Shown piece after piece: positions 1 to 11,300 of a stretch of DNA of 64,000 bases. Both the position numbers and the translations under genes were made by a program. The stretch's first letter is position 1; the number at the start of each line of letters is the position of its first letter. Origin of the DNA: Vicugna vicugna (Eukaryota); contig MU061017.1 of assembly GCA_013265495.1 (NCBI GenBank), positions 6,596,180 through 6,660,179 of the forward strand, in the 5' to 3' direction. The notes under the pieces are model-generated. The model did not search any database. It was not told the origin of the DNA and worked only from the letters and a program-made list of their open reading frames with translations.

Positions 1-1026
1 CATATATAAAAAAGAGAAACAATTTGCAAATTTACAACCTAACAAAACGATATATACACACACACGTGCGCGCGCAGACACATAGATGCCCCAAAGCTCT
101 AGTCAGGCCCGTTTCTCATGCCCAAGTACCATTCTTCCATTCCAATGGGCCCTTCTGCTAAGGTCTAGGCCCATTAGTTCAGCTTGTAGAAGTCTGATGC
201 TAATATAACTCTATAGCCTTAATTCTCATAAAGGACAGTCTGGACCTCATCTCCACCTGCTGCCCCCAGTGTTCAGTATTAATTGACTCCTTGAGAGGGC
301 AGGGGAGCCAAATGAATGGTGGGGCTCAGGTTCAATGGCTCTTAACTCTGGAAGATGGCTCCCAGCTTCCTCACTGCAGGGACAGTGAGATACACCATGT
401 TTTTTAAAGGATGACACCAGGTCCTGGCTTCTGCACAGAGAAAGGAGTGTTGCCAAAGGAGCTCCAGAGGCAGGCAGGCAGCTACTTCCAGATATTGCTG
501 GGGGGCGCCTCTCCAGAACCAGTGTAAGCAACATACTTCACCAAGAGAGAGGACCCTGGGCTCAGTGCAGCCTTACTTCAGGGCTGCAACTGAATTAGAA
601 GGCCAGCCTTGGAGCAGGAAATTGGCTCAAGATAAATAGGCTACCTAATCTGGCTGCTGGTAGAAGACAGGTATTTACATCCATAGTATGTGTAAAGAAA
701 AAATGTTCTGCAAAAAACACTCCTCTGCACTTCTGGGAGACTGAGGCCCCCTCCCTGGGATTAGCATCAGTTAGCAAATTGAGACAGTGGTGGACTGGTC
801 CCTGAAGAGGGGGGTCTCCAGGGCCACGTGAGGTCCTGAGTTCTCAGGACGGCTCTGGTCCTAGCCTATGTGCCCTCTGAAACGGGGTCTGCAGGTGAGC
901 CGGAGCGGGGGTCTTCTCTGTGTTCTATTTCAGAGGCTTTGGCGACCATCCTGAGTGCTGGGGAGAAGGGTGAGCAGGGAGCAGGTAATGTTCCAGGCAG
1001 GGGCGGGAGCTCTGTGAGTCAGTGGG

Positions 1027-4000
1027 CTAGTGCCTCAGATCGATGTATTTCTCTCCCTAAAGATGGGTGAAAAGAAGTGAGGGGGAACTCAGAGATGCTG
1101 ACCCGGGGTTCGGGGGTTCAGAGTGTGAGCGCTAAAAGGACTGAAGCCACAGCTGATGAACTAGGTGCAGCAGCTTGGAGGGAAGGAGCAAAGAGGGGAG
1201 TGGCAGGGAAGGGTATAAGAGACAAGGCCCCCAGACCGGACCACCTAGTGACTTGAGCCACCAGCGCTATTCAGGAAATGGTGATAGTGACGGGACAGGG
1301 TTTTGCTCTTAGTCCTGGCAGCCCCCCTCTCTCTGGGTCCCTCAGCCACTTGCCTGGCCCTACCATCTGTGAGTAGTGTTAGGAAGGCAAGATGGGGCCT
1401 ACTCCCAATCTCCAACAGGGAAGGATGAATGACAGAGTTAGTGTTCAGCAACCATCAGCCCCTGTTGCTCCCAATCCCTGAAGATGTGTCAGGCTCTGGC
1501 CACAGGAACTGCCTCCTACCTGGTCTCCTGGAGCCCTCTTGTCACCGTTGCTGCCCTGAAGGAGGCCCATCTCTTCTGGGAGCTTATCTGACTTAACTTC
1601 AACTACAAATTCGCTCTTACGAGACGGGGGCAGCGTGCTGGCAGGAGGGAGGGAGGCAAGAGGTTGGCAACTTGGGGGCAAGGGAAGGGGGGCCGTTGGG
1701 AGGGACGTCAGACTGGGTGACGGGCTCTTAGGTGCTCTGGGGCCAGTTCCAGGAAGGGCAGCAGGGAACGGAAGGGAGGAGGTATGGTGGCTGGAAGCTG
1801 GGTGGTGGCAGTAAAGCAGGGAGTGCTCCATGTCCCACTCCTGCTCCTAATGGGTGAGTGGGCACAGGGGCCTGCAGGAGACTGTGCCCGAGGAGAAAGC
1901 AAGCTGGTAGCACGCAATGGGGTGGGGAGCAGAGTTCAGGTACTGTGCTTACATCTCCTGTTTGCCTGACCGTCCACACGGCAGCTTGCCCTTCTTGTAG
2001 AAGAAATAGAGGACAGCGCCCAGCACAGCCAGGACCAGGACGCACACGGTCACAGCCACAATGACCACACCTTTGCTTTCCGGCTCTGGCAGCTTTTTCT
2101 CTGTCCCACAGAGACACCTCTAGTCACTCCCTGCCCTGGGCTGCCACATCACCAGGGCTGACAGGAGATGGGTCACTGCTCACCTTTCCTGGGGACAGGA
2201 CTCCCCGAGGCGGATCAGGGCAGAATGAGGACGCCCTGACACAGCCCTGTTCCTGGGTCAGCCCAGCTTACCTGTGGAGGTGCTGTTGGCTCTGGCATGA
2301 GGACTGACAGTGGAGGTGCTGAGGCTAGCGGTTCTGTTGGAGTCTGGGGTGAGAGGAGTTAAATGGATTGGGGGCTGGGACAGGAAAATGCCCTCCCTGG
2401 GCTGGCCCTGCCCCGCTCTGCAGGACGGGGCCCTTACCCAGCTCCAGGATAATGATCGTGGTGTTTCTGCCCAGGGAGTTGGAGGCCACGCACTCAGCAC
2501 CGGTCTCCAGCAACTCTGGGGTCACAAGGACATTCAGGGTGCTCAGGACACTCTGGGGATCTTGGTCTTGCTCACTTGCCTACAAGGAAGGAGACGCACG
2601 CAGCTCAGGGAGCGGGAGGATGGGCGGTAGTGGCAGTAGAGCCCGCGCAGGGACAGACGGGAGCCCAGGAGGCTGAGATGTGCCTGCTCACCGTGCCCTC
2701 AATGCTCCAGGCGATGCTGGGCCGAGGATGCCCTGATGCTTCACAGGACAGGTTCAACAATGAATTCTCCTTCACCCACATTTTTCTCTCCCTTACTGCC
2801 ATCCACGGGGACCCTGCAAGGGTGGGGGAAGGGTGAGGCAGCAAACCCTACCAGCCCGCACCCCCTGCCCATCAGAGCAGCCCAGGACAGTTCCCCAAAG
2901 GGCTTGAAACCACTCAACTCAAGGTGGCCTCAAGGGGTCCCTGATCTCTTCCCAGGGCCTCACCAAAAATGGCCACGTTGACCAGCCGGGTGCGGTTCAG
3001 GCCGGGTACACTGGGCACAGATGCCACGCAGCGGTAGCTACCCCCGGCCTCTCGTTTCAGATCATGCAATCGGAGCACAGGTCCCTGTTCTAGCACCTTG
3101 CCTGTCTGGGATGAGAGACAGGTCAGAGGTCACTCCCACCCAGCCCCACCCACCTCTCAGCCCCCAGCCCCAGCCCTGGGCCCACCTAGGTACCTTTTCT
3201 CTCAGCCACTGGAACTCAAGGGCCTCGTTACTCTCTGCCTCACAGGTCAGGGTGAGGCTGCTGCCCTCCTGGCTCTCGGGGGCTGCGGGGCTCACCCGGA
3301 CATCAGACACATCTGGGGACGCAGCAATAGTGTCAGGCAGGGCAGGGCAGCGCGGAGCACATTCCCTCTTGCCCCAGCCTGGTCCCCCGGTCTTGGGCCC
3401 CCAGCCCCTCACAGTTCACCAGCAGCTCCTGTTGGTCACTCAGCAGCGATGCTGTGGTTTCCAAGTCGAGGCCCTGACACTGGTACAGCCCACTGTGCTC
3501 CCTCTGGGCAGGCTCCAAGACCAGGACCCCGTTGTCATCAGTCTGTTCTTCCTCTATCTCCCTGGTACTGAGGTTCTGGGAGAGGATGGAGGGGTGGTAA
3601 TCAGGGGACCTCCAGCCACTCTCGCAACCCCACCCACACCCAGCATGGAGCCCTCCACACCTGCTTGCTGATGCTGAAGTGGGGAGGTGGATTACCATCA
3701 GCCAAACACCTGATTTCCACGCGGTCCCCTTCCTTCAGCATCCCCTCAGGCTCCACTTCCAACCACACTCTCTCTGCCGGGTCTGCACAGGCAAAGGGTG
3801 CAGCTCTCAGCCCAAGAGCTATCCCTGCGCTGGGCAGGGAGGAACCAGCAGGACCTTCTGCCAGGCCCAGCCCCAATGTGATGGGTTGGTACTCACAGAA
3901 AACAGGGACAGTGACCTCCCTAGATTCCTTCATGTGGTTCCCACTGGGCAGCCGGTAGCTGAGCTCGCAATAAAACTGGGCATCTTTGTCTTCCTTAGCC

Positions 4001-7000
4001 AGCTGTGCCTTCAGAACGCTCTGCAAAGTGTACAGACCACTTGACTCCACGATCTGGGATGACTGGATGTGGACCCCTGGGCAGAGAGGAAGGAGAGAAG
4101 GGCTCGGTCCCAGCCCTGCCTCCAACCCTACGCTATGGTCTCCTGGGTCTCAGGGAATGTCAAGGGAGACCCTGTAGAGTGCCAGGTACAAATGCAAGCT
4201 GCCACCCTTCAACCCAGCGGTTTTACTGCTCGTTTGTACCCTAGACAAACACACATGAGCACATGTACAAGGATGTGTGCAAATAATTCTGCAGTGATTT
4301 TAAAAAAAGGAAATGAGAAAACACTCTGGATGCCTACTAACGGGAATGAGTGGTTAGCTAAGCTGTATTATATACGTCGTATGGAATACTGGGCAGTAGG
4401 CAAACAATCAGGTAGATCTAAAGGAAGTGACTTGGAAAGATTTCCAAGACTCATTGTCAGAAGGAAAACAAGGGGAGGGTATAGCTCAGTGGTAGGGCGT
4501 GTGCTTAGCATGCACGAGGTCCTGGGTTCAATCCCCAGTCCCTCCATTAAAAAAAAAAAATTAAATAAGTAAATAAAGGCAAAACATTTTTAAAAAGTAA
4601 AACAAAAATGTGTAACAACTTATAGCATATGATGTCATTTGGATCAGGGTTTCTTGACCTCGGCACCACTGACATCTGGGGCCAGACATGCTCTGTTTGG
4701 GGGCTGTGTGCTGTAGGATGTTTAGCTGCACCCCTGGCCTCTACCCACCAGATGCACGAACCTCTCCGTTCATGACAACCAAAAATATTTCCAGACATAG
4801 TCAAATGCCCCAGGGGGGAGCCAAATCACCCTGGTTGAGAACCACTGATTTAGGTAATAAAAAACAAAGCCTGTATAACCCTAGATATATTTACATGTGT
4901 GAGTAAGTACCTAGAAATAGACTTGAAAGAAGGCATACAAACTGATAGTGGAGATCCCTCTGGCAGAGGGTCTGGGGCAGGAAGGAAATTTTCCTTCTAG
5001 ATTTTCTCATACACCTTAAATTCTTCTGAGTACATTTTCAAGGATCACTCGTGTACTCAAAAAACAACAACAAAAAAAAGTAAAATAAAATGCAAGGTGG
5101 TCCCTGGGTGGTGCCATAAGCATGGCTCTTAAAGGGCTGAGATGGGGCTGCTTACGGTTCTTCTCCTCCTTCAGGGGCCGGCCGTTCTTGTACCAGATGA
5201 CTTGAGGAAGGGGGTATCCATTCCTCCCCACACAGGTAGCAACCTAATGGGGGAAAGGAAGTGAGTCTCCCTAGTTCTGAGACCTTTTCAAGATCTGCCT
5301 TAGCTCCTGCCTACCCCCTGGCCACCCCAGCAAATCTTACCTCCTCAGGCTCCTTACTGTTCACAGAAATGCCCAGGGCATTGACCTGGATACTTGGCTC
5401 CTCCGGAGCTTCTACAAGGGAAAGAAATGGGGAGGGGCATGGGACCACCACTCCCCACGCCCACACTGCCCACCAGGCACGGATAGGGCACTCACTGTAG
5501 ACCCGGAGCTGGATGCGATGCTTCTGGGACCCAGGGCGCCTGCCCTGGCACAGGAAGATGCGCTCGTCGTGGGGGGTGATGTGTGTCAGGGCCAGGGTAG
5601 TCCCCTTGTCCTGGAGGCTGAGCCGATGCTGGTACTCCCCAGATTCACTATGGCCCTGGCCCTGCCGCACGCGGAAGATGAGTGTTGGCTTCTCCTTGTG
5701 GACCTATGGGGGGGGGCGGGAGGGAGGAGGTAAGGGTCCTCGGGCTACATGTTGAGCAGAGCCTCCAGCCCCTGCTGCCCTCTCCAGGGCCCGAGCACTC
5801 ACAGAAAACCAGTCCACATGGCTGAAGTTGCCCTGCGAATGGGAGGGACCACACTTCAGAAGGGCCGTGCCACCAACTTCCACCTCCACCAGCTCAGGCT
5901 CTGGCTGCTCCGCCGCTCCAGGCACACCTGGGTGGGGAGGTTGAGGTGGGAGCACCCCGGCCGCTGTGTCAGCTCCAGCTGCTCTCCGTGCCCTCTCCTC
6001 ACACCCACTCCCTGCAGCTGTTCCTTCTGCCACTTCGAGGGTCTGAAGGGCGCCCTGTCCTCCTAACCCTCAACCACTCTCTACCCCAACCCCGGGCTAG
6101 CCCTCTCCAGTTCAAAGGAGTTGAGGATGGTCATTTCTGGTCATTGGAGCAGAGACCCGGAGCACCAGGAACCTCCAGATGACGCTGGCAGAGGGGCCAC
6201 CCAGGCTCTGGGCCAAGAGGAAGGCCCCTTTCCTTCCAGGCCCCCTCCTCTCTGGGTGAGCTCAGAGTGTGGGAATGCAAGGCATGTGCCAGGCCGGGGC
6301 ACACAAGTCCTTTTTGTCCCCACACCCAGGGGAAGGCATCACCACCCAAACCTTTGCCCCTTAAAAGTCCCCTCCTGAAACCCACCATAAGACCCTGTGG
6401 GCCAACCCGAGCCAGGAGCCCCTATCTCATACTCCCTAAGCAGCACCTCCGTGAACACCCCACATATTCAGGGGACCCTATCTTGGGAGTCTTGTGAGTA
6501 TGGAGGGGTCCGAGTCATGGAGGGGCCAGGATCTCCCCCCAGGTCAGGGCAGGGGTCAGGGCAAAGGCCAGGCAGTGGGCAGGAGTGACGTCAGTGGTGC
6601 CAGCGTGCCACCCGCCCCATGAGGAGGTGATGTCACTCCACACCATCTGGCCGGACCCTGGGATGCCTGGGTGGTTGCCCTGGGCTGGCTCCCAGGCAGG
6701 GAGGGCAGATGGAGTGGTCTTCAACCGGGAGCAGAAGCCTCAGATCCCTGACTCGGTTTCCCCAGAGTTGGAGGAGCAGGGCGGGGTGGGGTTGGACCTT
6801 CTGCAACTGTGGAGCTGGAATTAGCCCTTTCCCCTGAAAGGCTTGGAAGGCAGTAGCCGGGAGTACCCCAGGGACACCGTCGGCACTGGGCAGGAGGCCA
6901 CCGAGCTGGGTATTGCCTAGACCTCCCCTCCCTCAGCCAGACAGTGGCTGGCACACGGGAAAGGGAGCCAAGAGAAACACGCGACATCGCTGCGGGCCAT

Positions 7001-7816
7001 ACAAGGGCAGCGTGAACCTGGGAGCACCCGGCTCCTAGGCAGTTGCAGAGAACAACTCCGAGGTGTAAGGGCGCACTTCCCACCTGAATGTGGTCCCATT
7101 TTGGGAGGTGTAACAAGTCTAAGGCGCTTGCACTCTGGGAATCCTCGATCCCTCGTCCCTGCCACCTGTGATCCCGTCACCCGGGTAGGCTCTAGGCGAC
7201 CCACACGGCCCTCCAGCCCCTGCCAACGCCCTGCTGGGGCGGGAGCCGCCGTTCCTCCCTCCTCGCTCACCTCCAGCCTGGCTAGAAGCCCAGGCGGGAG
7301 AGGGAGGGGTCGGCCCACCCCCTCTCGCTAAGAAAGCTGCCTTTTCCAGCAACAGGCGGGCGCAGAATTCAGGATCTGGGGATGCGCTCTAGCTGCGCCT
7401 CCCGCCACGGCTCCAACAGAGGGCCCCCAGAAAAAGCACCTGAGGAAAAGCTCTCCCCAGCGGCCCAAGAGGGCTCGACCCCACCCTTTCCCCTCCGGAC
7501 AGCAGCCTCCTCCCGGCCTCCTCAGTCCAGCTCCCGGGATGGTCTGGTACAGAGGCTGCAAACTGGCTGCAAAGAAGAGTTGCACGCGCGCAAGGCGCCG
7601 GGCGCCGGGGACCCGGAGAGGATGGGCGCACGCCGCAGCACAAAGCCCCGGCCCCGGGAGCGCCGCCGGCTCTGCTCCCGGGCACGCTCCGCCGAAGACC
7701 CCCGGACCCGGCCATTCTGGGCGCGGGCCCCCCCAGCGAACTCACTCACCCGCGGCGCGGCGACACCAGCAGCAGGCGGCGAGAAGGAAAGCGCAGATGA
7801 GCCCGGACAACTCCAT
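1027..7816 (-). CDS. MCAM: Melanoma cell adhesion molecule CD146/MUC18 (5 Ig domains, TM, cytoplasmic tail); 16 coding exons, 646 aa
   Basis: Exons (minus strand): 7750-7816, 5803-5927, 5496-5703, 5341-5411, 5156-5243, 3897-4076, 3661-3782, 3413-3575, 3194-3312, 2964-3105, 2692-2813, 2438-2579, 2272-2367 (acceptor is AA, see findings), 1953-2100, 1520-1637, 1027-1056; total 1941 nt. Phases are consistent and all other junctions are GT-AG. Signal peptide MELSGLICAFLLAACC, TM GVVIVAVTVCVLVLAVLGAVLYFFY, tail ...RAPGDQGEKYIDLRH*. The 3'UTR runs off the window start. Confidence 0.97.
4240..4640 (+). mobile_element. Old L1 (L1M-type) 3' fragment in MCAM intron 5, interrupted by a SINE
   Basis: Resembles L1 3' consensus (…gaatgagtggttagctaagctgtattatatacgtcgtatggaatact…). 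Recognised by eye; boundaries approximate. Confidence 0.5.
4472..4577 (+). mobile_element. tRNA-Ala(AGC)-derived SINE, Vic-1-like (camelid)
   Basis: GGGGAGGGTATAGCTCAGTGGTAG…TTAGCAT…GGTTCAATCCCCAG with A/B boxes, AGC anticodon at 4507-4509, A-rich tail. Possible degenerate TSD aaggaaaacaa / aagtaaaacaa. Confidence 0.85.
4645..4847 (-). mobile_element. MER20 (hAT-Charlie) non-autonomous DNA transposon
   Basis: Ends cagggtttcttgacc and ggttgagaaccactg are terminal inverted repeats; the body matches MER20 in reverse; degenerate 8-bp TSD atttggat / atttaggt. Confidence 0.85.
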
Positions 7817-8330
7817 GCTTCCGGGCCGGAGGGCGAGAGCCAAGTGAGGAAGCTCTCGGCCTTCGGGGGCTGACGTCAGGGGGGCGGGAGCCCTGGGGGC
7901 CGGGCCCGGCGCCGCTGCGCCCGGAGCTGCGCCTTGCAGCGCCGCGCGGGGGGAGGCCGGAGCCCTCCTTCCAGCCCCCAGCTGAGGAACGGAGAGGGGG
8001 TGGTGACAGGTGTCTCCCGGCTGGGCTGCCCGGCCGAGGCGTCAGCCAGAAGCTGGCCCGGATGCCCGGAGGCCCTCCGGGTCAGACCCCGCCGCGCTCA
8101 CCCCCGCCGCAGCCCCTGCCAGCCCGCGTAGCCCTGGGCGTCCTCCTGGCGGGGGAGCTGCTGACCAGGTGCTTGGTGTCCCGGATGGGGGCCTGCCTCC
8201 CATTCAGGCTCCTCTCTCCGCCTCCTCCACCCCGCCGGACCCCTGCCACAGAGAAATCAGGCTTCCCAGAACGATTGCACCACTGCGGCTGCCGCCGGCC
8301 TGGCACTGCCCCCAAGCCTCGCAGTCCTGG
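7100..8330 (-). promoter_or_regulatory. MCAM CpG-island promoter with full CRE and GC boxes
   Basis: CpG-dense region around exon 1; palindromic TGACGTCA at 7871-7878 next to a GGGGCGGG Sp1 box, about 55 bp upstream of the ATG; no TATA seen. Confidence 0.8.
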
Positions 8331-11300
8331 CAGCTTTGAGGCAAGAACCCTGGGCGGGGGCCCACATACCCAGAGGTATCTGTATTGGGGAGTGGAGTTG
8401 GTGCTATATGGGCTGTCCCTTCAACCCCAACTCCTGCAAGTCCGTCTTTCACTGGAGGAAGGAGGAAGGGGCTGAATTCACTTTCTGCTTCCGCCCTCTT
8501 CACTCATCGAGCCTAGCTTGGGACTCACTTTCCCTTCACCTGAATGAAGAAAAGAGGGAGAAGAAAGAGTTAATGGGTGCAAGGTCTCCAGCCTGACCCC
8601 AATACCTGTTACCAGTCCTGAAGGTTGAAAGGACCCCCTGCAGCAGGGCTCCGCCCCCCTCCACCACTCTGTCCCCCAAGCTCCCCTTTTGCTGGAGGCT
8701 CAGCAGCTAGGGGTGGGGGTTTGGAGGAGGAATCAGACAAGGTGAGGGGAAGCCTGCTCCCCCTTCTTCCCAAACCTTGGGTCTCTGGCCTCTTCTGGCT
8801 CTAGGGCACGAGATGGACTCTGGCCTCTTAGAGACTCCCAGCACCCTGGCCCTGGGAAAGGGTCCACATCTGCAGGGACTCCTTTCCCAGGGAGGGTCAA
8901 AAAGGGGCCTGGATTTGGGGTAGAATCCTGCCGCTTGGCAGGACAGCCTTGCTGCTGGTTGGGGGAGGAGCAGAGTGAGGCAGCAAACGCCAGAGATGGG
9001 CAGGTGACTTGAGAGGATGCTCTGGGATGGCGTTTTGATGACGCAGAGATGACTCTCGAACCACAGCAGCCTCATCTTTCAGAACCTTGCTGACCCTCTC
9101 CTCTGTCTCCATTAATGGACAGCCAGAGGCCATGGCAAGCTGGCCAGGCCAGGGGGCCTGGAGCCTGGGGAGAGAGAGCAGAAGGATGGTGCCTCCCCAT
9201 CCCCCAAAGTGAATGTATGGACTGGCCTAGGGCCCAGAGTGGAGTAGATGAGTTTGTCTGCAGGGGCAGGAGTGGGAATGGCTAAAGGAGACTGTTTGCC
9301 CTGGCAAGCCCAGAGCTGGGCATGGCGCTCCGCTTCCCCGCCCCCACCCCCACCCCCTTTCCTTCACTTAACACCATTAACTAATCATTCTCCTCTCTCC
9401 GGCCTGAAAACAAAGCCAGCTAACCACCAAGGACAATCAGTTCGGAATTCTTCCGCCCTGAGGAGAGTGAAGCCAGGTGCAGGTGGGGGAGCTGCCTCTG
9501 CAGTGAAGGGGAAATGAGGTTAGAGCCCAGGGTGACATCCCTTCCCTGCATGTCCCTACCAAGTGAGCACAAAGACTGTCCTTTAAGGAAGCCAGTAGGC
9601 TGGGGTGATCTGGGCTGCCAGGGGGTGAGCACTAGAGGTCAGGGGGCAGACAACTCTGGGATGGCCTTGAGGAGGGCACTTTGGGATTCCAAACCCAAAA
9701 GAGGTCAGAACCTTAGAGAGGATTCAGAGGGGCCTGGAGACAGAAGAAAGGCGAGTGCAGGCAGCACAGGATGAAGGAGCAGAAGGTGGAGGGTGTCAGA
9801 AGAGCTTCATTCAGTAGTTGCAGGAAAGAGAGAAGGAGTCAGGAGAAGAATATCCAGCAGAGGATGGAGACGCAGTGGGAGGGAGATCGAGGAGGCCACG
9901 ATGGGACTTACACTAGCAGAGACTCTTGGACCTAGACTGGGTCACAGGTAGCCTTGCCCAGATGCTGGCCAAGATCAGGAGAGGCCCCGGGCCAGTGTCC
10001 TAATTCCTTGCCTCATTTCTCTCCAGAAGGAAAAGGTAGGAAGGCTGCCTTCCTCTACCGCCATGGCAGATCCAGGCTACTCAGATATGAGAGGACCCTG
10101 TGTGGAATGCCCTGTCTGACCATGGGTAGAGAAACTGAGGCTGGGTGAGGTGGTGGCCTTGGTCTGGGTCCCTCAGCTCCAGGGACTCCAGGCTGAGTGG
10201 GGCTTTCATTTCACTATACGAAGTGGAGAAGAATGGGGTCCTACCACAGTCGAGTTGGAGGCAAAAAGACAAGAATGGGCCTGCCTGCAGGGGCTTGCTG
10301 GGGTGAGACTCAAACCTAGGAGTCCTCTCTCTCTCTCTCTCTAGTGAGTACAGTGGCTTCCCAGCCACCCCTCTGGTGGAGGGGCCTCAATCTGGAGGAT
10401 GTGAGAAGGGCGGGCTGGGTGGAGGAAGGAAGTTGATAAAGACGTTTGCAGCTGCAGGGAAAAGGAGCTGCAGGTGGAGGGGGTGGCTGAGAAATCTTGG
10501 CAATGAGGGAGGCTGGGGAACCCCCTGGCCTGGCCGAAAAATAGGATCTGAGTCTTTGGAGGGGAGGTAGGAGGATTGTCCAAGAGTGGGGGTGTATGTG
10601 GGGAGGAGACTGCTGAGAGAGTGAAAAGCAGGGTAGGAGGAGGGTAGGGGGCAGTTTCTGCTGAGGCCATCATCATCCATCGGCCAGGAAACCGGATACT
10701 CTGGGCTGGGTGGAAGATGCTGGGGAAGACATTGAATTGGGGGAAGCAGCCCCTATCCTGGCCGGACGCAGTCTCACCCAGGTCCTTCACACCTGACCTA
10801 GAGCAGGAAGAAGGAGGTGCAGCCAGGACTGAGGTGTGCCCCAGGAACTCCATGGAAGAGGGTGACTTGGGACGGATGGGAGGGGCTATTTTTAAACTTG
10901 GAAAAGCCGTGAGTGAGTTCATCTCCACCCTGAGTGCTGGAGGAGGCAAAGGACCCATTGTACAGGGGTCCAGAGAAGGGGAGGGGGAGGGGAGGCAGTG
11001 GCACAATGGCGAGGATTATGTCGCAGCAGGCAGGGGAGAGGAGAGTGGGGGAGGGGGCGTCTTCGTCACAGCTGGCCTACTGAACTCTGGGGTCGAGCCA
11101 GGCTGGAGCTTGGACAGGGGGTTTTCCACTCTCACAAAGCCCCCTGTTGGGGAACTGAGGTCTCTAGCATCCGGTGGCCGGCTCATCCTGGGGAGGGGGC
11201 TGCGGGTGGGATTCCCGCCTCCTGGCTTTCCCAGGGACTGCAAGGTCTGTTCCCAGGCTCCCAGCATTCCAGCGACTCCCCGGGGAGCTGCTGGCCTCTC

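Noticed and set aside
4472-4546. Functional tRNA-Ala gene (also 57876-57950)
   Set aside because: 5' GGGGAGGG extension, A-rich tail instead of a T-run terminator, and TSDs all indicate SINE retrocopies.
6541-6558. Nuclear-receptor direct repeat AGGTCA…GGGTCA in MCAM intron 1
   Set aside because: Spacing is 6 nt, not a standard DR1-DR5, and the context is G-rich.
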